This document shows positions 38,545-50,261 of a stretch of 64,000 bases of DNA, one piece after another. Within the stretch, counting starts at the first letter, position 1; every line of letters begins with the position of its first letter. Origin of the DNA: Marsupella aquatica (lineage: Eukaryota; Plantae; Marchantiophyta); the NCBI GenBank assembly GCA_973895155.1, contig OZ316892.1, positions 24,761,233 through 24,825,232 of the forward strand. The letters run 5' to 3'. Below the pieces are notes generated by a model. It did no database searches. It had not been told where the DNA came from and saw nothing but the letters and a program-made list of their open reading frames with translations. A program made the position numbers and the translations under genes.

Positions 38545-39245
38545 AGAGTAGATAGTCTATCCCCTGTAGGATCCCTAGATATGATCCCCTTGTGGCTACC
38601 CTATGCAGGCAAATGCTGGGAGTAGATAGTCTTTCCCTGGGTATAACTCCTTTGTGGCTACCCTACACAGGTGCAAGCTAGGAGTAGATAGTCTATCCTC
38701 TGTTGCTTCAGATATGACCTCCTTGTGGCTACCCTACATAGGCGGATGCTCCTGCATAGATAGTCTATGCCCTCTTGGATGGGTTTGCTTTGGGTTTCAA
38801 GACAAACCAACAACAAAAGGAAAGATACGTTGAAATTTAGCTGAGGAGGACAGTGCACATGATAAGTATGTTGCAAGGCAAAAAAAAAGTGTGGCTACCC
38901 TACAGAGATGCATTCTAGTGGGTAGATAGTCTATGCATTCTCGTGGGTAGATAGTCTATGCCCTCTTGGATGGGTTTGCTTTAGGTTACAAAGACAAACC
39001 AACAAAAAAGGAAAGAAACATTAGAGACTCATGCTCCTGGGTAGATAGTCTAAGCCCTCTTGGATGGGTTTGCTTGAGGTTTCAAGACAAACCCACAAAA
39101 TGAGAGGAAAGAAAAATTAGAGACTCATGCTCGAGGGTAAATACTCTGCGCCCCCTTGGATGGGTTTGCTTTAGGTTTCAAGACAAACCAACAAGAAATA
39201 GGAAAGAACATTACAATTTAGCTGGGGAGGACAGTGCACATGATA
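38545..39245. repeat. Hierarchical degenerate tandem array
   Basis: Core GTAGATAGTCTAT(G)CCC ~8 times, TGTGGCTACCCTA x4, TTGGATGGGTTTGCTT..GGTT.CAAGACAAACC x4, TTTAGCTG.GGAGGACAGTGCACATGATA x2. Confidence 0.85.
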
Positions 39246-39456
39246 CATATAGGGTAATGACGGCTTGGTCTTGGGTTAGTGGTCTGTAACCCTGTGACCA
39301 GAAAGTGAGGCAATACTGACCGGCGGCAGCCAGGAATTTTTTTTTAGCTTTGTGGGAACAGGTTTCAGACAGTAACCCAACCCATGCTGTCATTATCATA
39401 CGTAATACCTGTCCGGAAAAAAGATTATTGGGAACATTTTTTGGGCAGATGATTAT

Positions 39457-39550
39457 GGAAATGGTGGCACCTAGTAGAAAAGGTTACACACCGGTAACCT
39501 TGTAAGAAATGGTGGCACCTAGGAGAAAAGGTTACACACCGGTAACCTTG
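39457..39550. repeat. 2 x 49-bp tandem repeat, each with an 8-bp palindromic stem
   Basis: GAAATGGTGGCACCTAG.AGAAAAGGTTACACACCGGTAACCTTG twice. AAGGTTAC and GTAACCTT are reverse complements. Confidence 0.9.
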
Positions 39551-39639
39551 CTTCCTGACAGGAATTAGGTATGTTTCAAGGCCAAAAGAAACAGGACTGT
39601 GCACTAAAATTGAGAAGAGAAGTGGAGGACGAGAGGAGC

Positions 39640-40120
39640 CCAATTTGGACTTGCCCAACAAATGGAGCCTTTGGAGCCCGTCAACGAGCAAATCGTCAAC
39701 CAGCAAGTCGTCACCCGGACCCTCTTGGCCACCCATGTCAACTGCCTGGCCCGGCCATGACCTCCCAGCCCGAGCCCACCCTTCACAGAAGCTCCCCGGC
39801 CCTTCTTCCCGGCAAAACACCCCCCGGTCCCGGTCCCCAATCGCCCCGCCCTGAGTACTCACCCAGGCCCGGCTCCCAGCCCCATCCCCCGGTCTCCCTT
39901 CCCGGTTTCCCCTTCCCCGGCCTGGCCCGGCCTGGCTTCCACCATAGCCGGGGCCGGGTCTGGGGCAGGGCCGGGTGCATGGAGGGTTAGGGCGGCAGGG
40001 TCCAGGAATGGTTCGGGAATGGATTGGGCCGGGGAATAATTGGGAATACCCGGCAAATGGAGCCATTTTCGCCCGGCAAATGACGATTTTCCGTGCCCAA
40101 CAACTCGACAACTTGCCGGT
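39640..40120. repeat. GC-rich C-tract/G-tract mirror element, copy 2 (opposite orientation to copy 1)
   Basis: C-rich arm ~39714-39945 then G-rich arm ~39947-40035. It shares TTTGGACTTG.CC.ACAAATG and GTCATTTG.CGG flanking motifs with 2440-2860. Confidence 0.65.
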
Positions 40121-40965
40121 AACTTCAAACCAGGGAACTTCAAACCAGGGAGAGGAGAAGAGTGGAGGTCACAACTGGGAAAGGAGGGACGAGGTGGAGG
40201 TCCATCCTACAAGACGTGTTGAAAGCAGGAATGCCTCCGAGCACGGCAGAGCTGGATCGCCAGTGAAAATTCCGAGCTGGCAAACGAAAGAGTGAATGAA
40301 TGCTGCGTGGATATTGATGGGATTGCATGAACAATTGTCACTTAGGACGGTGGAACGAAGAAAGTGGCGGATTGAACTGGCGGAGGGGTTTTTCGCTCGT
40401 CATCAGTGTTGTGGATTTGTGCCGTGATGGGATCTCATTAATTTAATTGCCAGCGTGAGGGAGCGTGATAGATAGATTGCGCGCCCTGAAAGGTTTCCGA
40501 TAATGATGGTGCTTCGATTCGATTGATGAATAGGATATACCCGGTGCTCATCTGCGCTCTGCTTATTGGCATTCTCTTTGTGGAGCGTAATCGGATGAGC
40601 CGACTCTCATTCTCGGCCCTGCTTTTCGTGCTCTTTTATCTGCTCTCGTTCTTTGCTCGTCTGCCAGAGTATCTCTTCTTCCTCGTGACCGACAGCAGCT
40701 GGACGGGAGCGTGAATTACTCTTCAACCGAATTGGTTTGGTTGGGTCTGCATCTCTATCTGCGCTGCTGAAGAGTCACTACGATAAGCTTCTCGGTGCCG
40801 TTCTTCTTTCATCTGTCATCCATCAGCGCGACTTCAGATCAGCGACGGAGCTCGTATTCGGTGGTGCCGATCCGGTGTGTTTTGAAGTCAGGCCGAGACA
40901 ACAGCAGCAGCCGAAGCATTAGCGCCGAGTGATTGATTCAATTTCCTCGGTAGCTTCTCGCCAAA

Positions 40966-43900
40966 ATGACGCTTACGCACACTAAAAACGATGACGAGCA
41001 GCAACAGTCGGTGCACTCGATATTCGGCTCACGTTACTGCCGGACTGCTTTACCGAAGTACATTTCTTTTCCTTCAGTCACTAGAATGTTAGACAGCCGA
41101 GACGATGGATCGATGGTGCTGACTGTGCTCGAAAGACGTTGGACAACTCAGGGGAACACTAGTCTCCTCGGGATAGTCTTCCACTTCTTCGTCATATCAT
41201 CCTTCTAATTTGAACACTAGACGGCCATAGCTATTCATGACATGCGTCACTTTCACACTTCATATCATGTTCAGTTTCAAGGAACAGTTCAGTTTCAAGG
41301 AACTGGGCAGGTGGTCGTTAGATTTCCTATAAGCACCGTAACTTTTACACTTTGACTTCGACACTCGTTTCAAGCGTTCTCTTCGCAAACGGAGTATCGT
41401 GTGATCATTGTATTTCCCTTCAACACCAGCAGTAAATCGTATGCTGCAGCGCTGGCACTCTTTCCAACCTCGAAATTCACCCACAACTGGTTGATAATTC
41501 TAAACGTCGATTCAGATGCCCCACTTTAGCAGCTTCACGAGATCCAGATCTAACCCCTCGAAGCAAGATGTGTATTTTGCTCTCTCAATTGAAGTTCAGC
41601 AATGGGAGGCGTTTCACATATCCTTGGGGATGCATCCAGATTTCCTTCTTGTACATAATCTTTGCACGTTTTGAGCTGCGTCTCTATTGCCTTGAGCAAC
41701 TCCTGGTACCCGTGTTCTAAGCAATTGAACCTGTGCAATCTTCGCATGTTTGTAGGTACAAGCTGCCCGACCGAGAGATACCGAAAGATGCAGCGTATCA
41801 GGTCGTAAGCGACGAGCTGATGCTCGATGGCAATCCGAGACTCAATCTGGCCTCATTCGTGACAACTTGGATGGAGCCTGAGTGCGACAAGCTCATAATG
41901 CAAGCATTGAGCAAGAATTACATAGACATGGATGAGTATCCGATCACAACTGAGTTGCAAGTAAGTCTTGTCGTTTCAAGTAAGTCTTGTCGATTGATGA
42001 GACCGTTCACTGCATGTGTTTGAGCAATATGCATGGTTCTCATTTTCACCCTAACTCTAGAGCTGTGAGCAGGTCATCATCATGCAAAGAGACTCCGTAG
42101 ATATTTGCTACGAATCTATGATTTGTTTTCCGAACGACCGTTTGTATTGCAATTCCATTAGAGTGACTAGCTGGTCTTCTTTTATGAGATCCGTCTTCGG
42201 TGCAGTGGATTTGGTGGTCTTTCACTTTTCACCATTTTTAAGCTAAGTTTGTAACTACAGTGAAGGAGATTATCGTAAGTAGTGAACACTACCGATCTCG
42301 TTGTGGTCGCTGTATTGGATCATTGTACTTACGTGAAGATGGTCCGGATTTATCGCAGGATCGGTGCGTAAACATGATAGCACGATTATTCAACGCACCA
42401 GTGCATGATGGACAGCAGGCCGTTGGTGCTGGATGTGTGGGATCATCAGAGGCCATAATGTTGGCCGGTCTAGCCTTTAAGCGGAAGTGGCAAGCCAAAC
42501 GGAAAGCGGAGGGCAAACCCTACGACAAACCAAATATTGTTACCGGAGCAAACGTGCAGGTACAATTGTCAAACATGGAGTGGTATTCTTGCTGGCCTGG
42601 CCTCGCAGAGCCAGTACCAGGTAGTACTACCGGCATTCCAGGATTTTACGGATGCTTCCTTACGAGCATGTCTCGTGGTTCGTTTGCCATGTATCTTAGA
42701 TCATATGCGTTTCTGGACGTCTGAGCTGGACCTCTGTAGTAGTGGTGAAGAAATCGAGCAACGGAAGAGAACCTGCAGACAATTCTATGTCTGTAGATGC
42801 GGTTGCAAAAGGGATGTACGTGTGGTTGTAAAGGGACGATTGTACTGCAGCTAGACTGAGTTGTTGCTGGCTGAACAGGTGTGCTGGGAGAAGTTTGCAA
42901 ATTACTTCGAGGTCGGATTGAAGGAGGTGAAGCTGTCGAAAGGTTACTATGTGATGGACCCTGTTAAAGCCGTGGAGCTGGTGGATGAGAATACCATTTG
43001 TGTTTGTGCGATCTTAGGTTCAACATATAACGGAGAGTTTGAAGACGTGAAAACTCTCAACGATTTGCTGACGAAAAAAAACGCGGAGAAAGGGTAAGAA
43101 CTCTAATTTCCGGTTCGATCTTCCTGCGAGGGGTCATTGCTACTTAAGAATTCGGGTCCCGGAGACCGTTAGGTGCTTCAATTTGTGCAACATCAGATGG
43201 AGATAGTTTTGACGATGCTCAGAATTACGAATCCACCTGCTCATCCATCATCTCTTCGCCGTGCAGGTTGGATGTTGGAATCCACGTGGATGCCGCAAGT
43301 GGAGGGTTTGTAGCACCTTTTGTATATCCCGATTTGGTTTGGGATTTCAAATTACCTCTTGTTAGAAGTATCAATGTCAGCGGGCACAAGTACGGGCTGG
43401 TGTATGCTGGAGTCGGATGGGTTGTGTGGCGCTCCAAACAGGACCTCCCAGAAGAGCTCATTTTCCATGTTAATTACCTGGGGGCCGATCAACCAACCTT
43501 CACCCTTAACTTCTCAAAAGGTACTTCGTGTCGGCAGGCCCTAGGAATGAATTTCGACATTTGTGTTCATTTGTGTCAAAGTATAATAGTCTTCAGCAGA
43601 TACTTAGCTTTTAAAGACTTTCAGCTCGCGTTTCTTACTTCGTGATGTGATTTGGCTGAGCTGCCTTTGACGAACATGGAAGAGCCTGGCACCCTTGTCA
43701 CCCCCTTAGCTGAAATTATTGAAGCTAACGATTTTAAGTTTTGTCTTCCGCAGGTGCCAGTCAAATTATTGCCCAGTACTATCAGTTCCTCAGGCTCGGT
43801 TTTGAGGTATGCTACCCCTCATCCGACGAGGCCAGTCACTGTCTTTATCAGAATTGTGACATGACCTCTTTGTCAAGCAAAACGTCCGTTCTTATTTTAA

Positions 43901-44639
43901 TCCTAAACAGAAATTTAACATGTCCTCTCAGGTTGGTAATGAGAAGACTAGTCCCCGTATTTAACGGCATTGTGGCAGGACGTCTATGTCAAAGACGACT
44001 TCCATTCTTAAAGTCTATACGGGAATATTTGGGGTGAGAGCAATGGTGTGTAATTATGAGTGTGTTGTGACTGGGTTGCGCAACTTTCTGACGGTCAATA
44101 AACACTCTCTAAACACTCTCTGGTTGCAGGGTTACAAATTGATTATGGAAAATTGTCAAGCAAACGCTGAGACGTTATGTAAAGGTATAGAAGCTACAGG
44201 TAAATTTGAGATCCTCTCCAAGGTGGACGGGGTTCCTGTGGTCGCGTTTTCTCTGAAAGACAGGACAAATTTTGACGAATATGAACTATCAGCACAGCTC
44301 CGCTCGACTGGCTGGATTGTACCAGCTTACACTATGGCACCGGACGCCCAAGATGTACGACTTCTGCGAGTTGTCATTCGAGAGGATTTCAGTCTCTCAC
44401 TTGCTGAGAGGCTCCTCGCAGATCTTATTACGGCCATGAGTCACTTGGACGCTCGCGGCCCGAAAGTGATAAAGCAGCTAAAAGACGTTGTTTCTAAAGT
44501 GGGATCTGATGCCGAGACCAGTCATGGGAAAGTGCCAGAGCATAAGAAGTACGACATTTTCCAATCTGTCATGAATGCACGAAAGGCTGCCGAGACGTGG
44601 AAGAAGAGTTCACACAGAGGTGGTAACGGAGTCTGCTAG
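40966..44639 (+). CDS. GAD: Glutamate decarboxylase (7 exons, ~509 aa)
   Basis: Exons 40966-41057, 41756-41960, 42359-42559, 42879-43093, 43267-43520, 43754-43806, 44130-44639. Motifs [33 protein letters not shown] and PLP lysine SGHKYG. The C-terminus ..WKK..NGVC resembles the calmodulin-binding tail. Confidence 0.98.
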
Positions 44640-44984
44640 AGTTCGTTACTCTCTCCTGTAGTTTGATTGCCACTGAAGTCGGGACTAGGAAGGGTGGCCC
44701 TCATATAAAAGTCTCGTCGAAGTACTGAACTCTCCCTGAAAGCTTTTCTGGTCACGTTTTTTGTGCTACCGTTCCCGCGAGCTACCAATTCATGATTCTC
44801 GCTTTAAAATTTGCATCCCGCATTGCATTCGTATAACTCGTTAATGAATCTTTGCAGATATGGTACTTTCTATTTTGACACCGTCTGAAGGACTAGCTGC
44901 CTAGGTCATTAAAATTACATTGCAAAGTGGAACCATAGTTCCTTTGTACACAGGTCATGTGCAAGAATTCTGTCAGTTCACATT

Positions 44985-45650
44985 CTCTGAATTTCTTACT
45001 GGCAGCATTCTCAATCAACGAAAATGACGAACAGTCCGCAGACTTGGACGCAACCTTAGGGCTGAGCGGAGACAAGCTTCGAAGTGCGAATCAATTCTTA
45101 AATCGACATTTTTGACGAACTGAATATCCTTACATTGCAGACTCTGGCTTCAAAGTGCGAATCAATTCTCAATCGACATCGCTGACGAACTCAATATCCT
45201 TACACCGCAAACCGAAACGATAGTTCGTGTATGCGAAGGTCATATGCGAAAACTCTGTTACTTCACATCTCGACGATACAGTGAATTTCTTACTTGCAGC
45301 ATTCTCAGTCAAAGAATATGAAGAAAGAGTCAGCAGACTTTAGACTCAACCTCATGGCTGAGCGGAGATGGGCTTGAAAGTGAATCGATTCTGAATCAAC
45401 ACCGCTGACTACATCAATATCCTTACATTGCAAGTGGAATGATAATTCGTGTATACGCCTCTTTTAGTTCCCATCTGGACGATATAGTGAAATTGTTACT
45501 GGCAGCGTTCTCATTCGAAGAAATGAAGAACATTCCGAAGACTGACCCAACCTCATGGCTGAACGGAATCAACCTTCAAAATGCAAACATTCCCAGTCAA
45601 ATCGCGTCACTTGAACGGAACACATGAAAGAAACCTTCAAAGTGCGAACC
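44985..45650. repeat. Degenerate ~210-bp repeat x ~3 between the convergent GAD and YbaK 3' ends
   Basis: TGAA.TT.TTACT.GCAGC.TTCTCA at ~44988, ~45282, ~45488; AACCT.A.GGCTGA.CGGA x3; AATATCCTTACA x3. Confidence 0.8.
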
Positions 45651-45925
45651 AAAACGGAACACGTGAATGGATCGTGTTTCCAAAATGCTCGACTCGAGTG
45701 ATCAGCGTACATTGGTAATACCTCCCAAAGAAATTCCTCCATTTATCCTCTGAAAATTAATTTTAACGGAAATTAGGTACTCGAAACACAAATTCTTTTG
45801 ACATCAGAGTTCGATTGGTCAATAATGAGCGACTTCATCATTGACCCTAACTTGTTTTCCGAATTGTTATTGATGAACCATCTTTACATAAAAATGGAAT
45901 AATTTGATAAATGGCCCTACTTCAG

Positions 45926-48044
45926 TCAATAAACACAATCAACTACCAAAGGGTTGATTATCTTTACAAAATCATCTGTTCTAACTCCAAGTTTTAGATC
46001 AACTTCGCCTCCTCCAAGCCAGAAAAATGCAGGGTTGAGCCTCACGATTGCATCCGACAGAATGACCTGATCCAGTGACACAACAGCAGCAAAGCCGACC
46101 ATCAAAACAACAGAATGAACATCGCGACTCACGCGAAGACATGTGGAAAACATGTGATTTCAATGTAAAACTGCACACGGGACGATTCAGGATAGCGAAT
46201 TTTGGCAACGACTTTGACTGAAACACATCCGATAATTTTAAATCTATATATAGCAAACTTACAGGAATATTTGTGCGCATGCCAAAGGGCGTCACTGCAT
46301 TATGTTCAAAGCCCGTGAGGCGATTTGATTCTTCTTCTGGAGCCAGTCTCACTGCAATAACCAGAACATGGAATTCCATAACAATCGAACGGATGCCTCA
46401 TAATTTCCAGTCCCTATATTTTGTCATCATCAGTAACTGAAAACAAATTCCTGGTGAGCACTGCGGGAATGACCTTGACTTTACGGTAGAGCAAGCCAAC
46501 GAAATCCATAAGTGAAGCCCCTAGTCAGTTCATTTGGCAAGGCGTCAAAAACATCACATAATGAGTCGAGTATTCACTATGTCCAGAAGGTCGCAAAACG
46601 AATGAATAGGGTCCTGATCATCTTCGAACTTACAATTGAACCTCTTCTTCGGTATCGTCCCGTTGTTCAGAGAGTACACGAACTGTCTTACCTTCTCCGC
46701 ATTCAACCGAGCAGTGTACTACGACAGATGAATAGGTGATACGAGTCAGAAAAGCGAAAATGGACGAGATTTGCAAAGCTCTGGCCGGACAGAAAAACAT
46801 CTCTACACGTTGCGGAACAATAGCTAACTGGATAAAACTGCAGAAAATGTCACTCTATGCTGTAGTTAGTACCTGAACAACAATGACGTAGTACTTGGAA
46901 TTGTTGCGATCAGAGCAATCTGTCACGCTCTCATGCGCTTGCGTGTTCACCTGAAAGAACAATCGCAATTTTTCTAATTAGTTAACCTCTACATTACACC
47001 TAAACAAATTCCGCTTTTTCTTTGAAGAGTAAAAATTCTTTCGACGCCAGATGCATAGAACATTTGCATCCAAGAAGCCAGTACTGCAGATGGACAGCCG
47101 TCAAGAATCTCCTGGAGAAAATCATCAACCTCGTCAATCTTGCCTCGGGTAGAGTTAACTACGACATTATTCAGGTCTCACAGAGAAGGCATGAGGTATG
47201 GCGAAAAGGACTAGACAAGCTGTTCTTCTCACATGTCTCAGGGAGACGGTAGATGTAAAATTACCATGACAATACTTTTGCATAAATGATCCACTGAAGC
47301 TGCTCCCAGTAGATCTCGTCTCTCCTCGAACGACCTCCCGTAATAATCAGAAGGAACCCGCTTGAACAAAAATTCGGCCCCTGCTTCTCTCAAAGTCCGA
47401 CTTAATCGCTTCTCTACGCTTATATCTTGCTCGCGGCTACCATCTCCACATTGTCGATGACCGCCTTCTCCCGTGCAATCGTGAGTCATTCCATTCCGAT
47501 GGAGGAAAACTTTTTCCCCGTGTTCCCTCGAATGTGTCTGTCCTTGCTCATCGCCTCCGCAACTCTTATTAGGGAACGGTGCTGCGCTACTACGTTTGCA
47601 CGATAAACTGGACGGCACACCGTCTCTTCCAGCATTTTCGCATGATGATTCTTGTTGCCTCCCAACTAACTCGCAGTTCAACAATGGATCGTCTAGACTC
47701 CGACACAGACCGGCTATTCGAGACAGAATCATAGTTTGTCTCTGTTCCAACCCGGTCAAGTCGCTCCCAGATCTGCTCATCGTATTCCCAATTCGCTGAT
47801 AATTCAACTCCCCAGAGGCTGCGAGCGCCACTGGCACCTCCGGTACGACGAATTCGCGTGATTGGTCTTGTGGCCGCCTGATTAACTCGCATTTCAATGA
47901 ATCGTCTAGACTCCCAAACAGAGCGGCCAGTCGAGAGAGAATCGTGGCTTGCCTCTGTTCCAACTCGGTCAAATCCCTCCCCGATTTTCTCAGCGGATTC
48001 GCAATTCGCTGATGATCCAACTCCCCAGCTCCCGCGACCTCCAT
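45926..48044 (-). CDS. YbaK/aminoacyl-tRNA synthetase-associated (editing) domain protein, 5 exons, ~390 aa
   Basis: Exons 48044-47265, 46950-46873, 46718-46634, 46351-46263, 46066-45926, all phase-consistent. Motifs FKRVPSDYY..EERRDLLGA.SVDHLCKSIVMVNT, NSKYYVIVVQY, LTGFEHNAVTP and FFWLGGGEVDLKLG match plant YbaK-like proteins. Confidence 0.93.
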
Positions 48045-48205
48045 TGCCGCCCTCTGCCACGACGAATTCGGTGCGCGACACCGAACTCCTTTGGCAATAT
48101 AATGCGCAGGGCGAGGAGCGGCTGAACTACGAGAAAACTACGAGAGAAACTTCTCGTTGTTTGCCGGGTGGAAGCTTTCGGAGGCTTTACACGTAGAGGC
48201 TAATT

Positions 48206-48840
48206 GCGTAAGGTAACCCATCCCCATGAGGGGGTAATGGGATGTAATCCGAGGGAGTAGAGCCCGAGGGGTTACAGGGTGATGGGATGTAATCCGAGGG
48301 AGGTGAGCCCGAGGGGTTACAGGGTAATGGGCTGGAATCCTAGGGAAGTGAGACCAAGGGGTTACAGGGTAATGGGATGGAATCCTAGGGAAGTGAGCCG
48401 GAGGGGTTACAGGGTAATGGAATGGAATCCTAGGGAAGTGAGCACGAGGGGTTACAGGGTAATGGGATGGAATCCTAGGGAAGTTGAGTCCGAGGGGTGA
48501 CAGGGTAATGGGTGTAAGTCCCGGACTGATGTGTGCCCGAGGGGTTACAGGGTAATGGGATGTAATCCCCTACGAAGGTGAGCCCAATGGGTTACAGGGT
48601 AATGGGGATGTAATCCCCAAGGGAGGTGAGCCAGAGAGGGATACCGCTGATTATCCCCAAGTGAGTACTATGAGTTACCACAGTAAAACCTGTGCATTTT
48701 TGAACCATTCATTTCAATTTTACATTGTAAAATTTTCAGCTGTTAGCGTTTGTCACTTGCACCTTACTTGATGTCTCATTGAAATTTGAGAATGCCCAAG
48801 CCACACAGGAGAAATGTCACAGGGGTAATGTCTCATAACC
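48206..48840 (+). mobile_element. Family A copy with an internal ~9 x 45-bp VNTR, between the divergent YbaK and PFD2 genes
   Basis: Starts GCGTAAGGTAACCCATCCCC. Units GGTAATGGGATG(T/G)AATCC.AGGGA.GTGAGCCCGAGGGGTTACAG run 48234-48645, then TTATCCCCAAGTG...GGGGTAATGTCTCATAACC as in 13372-13625. Confidence 0.8.
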
Positions 48841-49319
48841 ATATATAATTGTCTCTTAGTGGTGCCATAGCTATATTTTCAAGGAAGGGCAAAGAAATTC
48901 AAAAAATGTGATCACTTGGATACTTGATGAAATCTAAGACTCTTAGGCTCATTGGAAAGCTTTTTCAAAATGTTTCTAAGCATTCGAAGCACACCAGAGT
49001 ATTCATCCTTAGATGAGGGAGTCATTGGAATTGGGTCCAGGGCCATCCACAATTTAAATGTTCAGGTTAACTGTTCTGAAATGTTGAAACGAATGCAAAG
49101 ATGATGGCACTTCCATAATGGGAGACTTGGGCTGGGTTCACAGTTAGACAATAGCTTGGAGATGAGTAGGAGCTAATAATGAAGCCCTAAATGGAAAGGA
49201 TCCAATAGTGAAGTTTATCCAGGCAATTGACTTCCTGGACCATGATTGTGAAGGTAGAAGATATTTGAAATTAGAGGGAAGCACTAACATGAGGATCCAA
49301 ATGGCTTCATCTTCCACTG

Positions 49320-49563
49320 TACTTTTTGTGTCCTTAACAAGTAAATACTGAGTAAATAGGGAGTTAAGGTACATCAAATTGTGAGCTTTCAGAGGCCCTG
49401 AATGTAGCAAGCAAATGGAATTATACCACCAATACTCCTGGCAAAAAGTTATGTACTAAGAATTTTGTGGTCCATCAGTTTACTTTTTGTGTCCTTAACC
49501 GGAGTTAAGGTACATCAACTTGTGAGCTTTGAGAGGCCCTAACGTAGCAAGCAAATGGACTTA
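49320..49563. repeat. Local duplication (~80-100 bp x 2)
   Basis: GGAGTTAAGGTACATCAA.TTGTGAGCTTT.AGAGGCCCT..A.GTAGCAAGCAAATGGA at ~49360 and ~49501. Confidence 0.85.
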
Positions 49564-49730
49564 TTTCTCCCCCTCGAAGGGGAAGTACCGTATTTACTAC
49601 GAGTAAAAAACACGAGGTACAAACTAATTAAGGGTTTTCTTATTTGGAAGCGAAGAGAGTTTTCTTCACGGAGACGAAGAAACTAGTACACAACAGACTT
49701 TCGATCATCTTCTGAAATCAATCAGTCGTC

Positions 49731-49786
49731 GAAGGAAGGAAGGAAGGAAGGAAGGGAGGGAGGGAGGGAGGGAGGGAGGAGGAGGA
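49731..49786. repeat. Compound purine microsatellite (GAAG)n(GGAG)n(GGA)n just upstream of PFD2
   Basis: Directly visible. Confidence 0.9.
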
Positions 49787-49793
49787 TTGATTC

Positions 49794-50261
49794 ATGGCCG
49801 AAATGGAAGAAGATCCGCAGTTGGAGTACATGAACGAGCAAGCGGTGGCCGGAAAATGGAGCTACCTGCGGTCCGAATTGAACCAGCTGCACTCCAAGAT
49901 CACGGAGATGGAGATGGAATTGAGCGAGCACTCGCTCGTGATCGGAGCCATTCAGCCACTGGATCCCAGCCGGAAGTGCTACCGAATGATCGGGGGCGTG
50001 CTCGTGGAGAGAACGGTGGCGGAAGTGCTGCCCGCGGTGACAAGAAACAGGGATGGGCTTCAGGAGGTCACCACGAGACTGAACGAGGCGCTGGAGAAAA
50101 AGAAGACGGAACTGGCCGAGTTTGAGGCCAAGTACAAGATTAAGATACGAAGAGGGGGAGGAGCCCCAGGAGGTGAAGCGGATGAGAGAGCAGCTGCAGA
50201 GCAAGACAAAGCGAGAGAGGGCGCCGCTCAGGGTGTTCTTGTCCGACCGGCAGCTTCCTGA
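49794..50261 (+). CDS. PFD2: Prefoldin subunit 2 (single coding exon, 155 aa)
   Basis: SKITEMEMELSEHSLVIGAIQPLDPSRKCYRMIGGVLVERTVAEVLPAV..N and C-terminal ..AQGVLV are typical of plant PFD2. Confidence 0.97.
   Translation: MAEMEEDPQLEYMNEQAVAGKWSYLRSELNQLHSKITEMEMELSEHSLVIGAIQPLDPSRKCYRMIGGVLVERTVAEVLPAVTRNRDGLQEVTTRLNEALEKKKTELAEFEAKYKIKIRRGGGAPGGEADERAAAEQDKAREGAAQGVLVRPAAS

Noticed and set aside
40523-40714. Hydrophobic 63-aa ORF upstream of GAD as a small membrane protein or uORF
   Set aside because: Hydrophobicity is explained by CT-rich promoter/leader composition; no other support.
48279-48500. GYRVMGWNPREV-repeat peptide
   Set aside because: Translation of the 45-bp VNTR; the frame breaks in later units.
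49144-49410. Possible Copia gag fragment (..EDEAIWILMLVLPSNF..) on the minus strand
   Set aside because: Similarity is too short and weak to call without a search.
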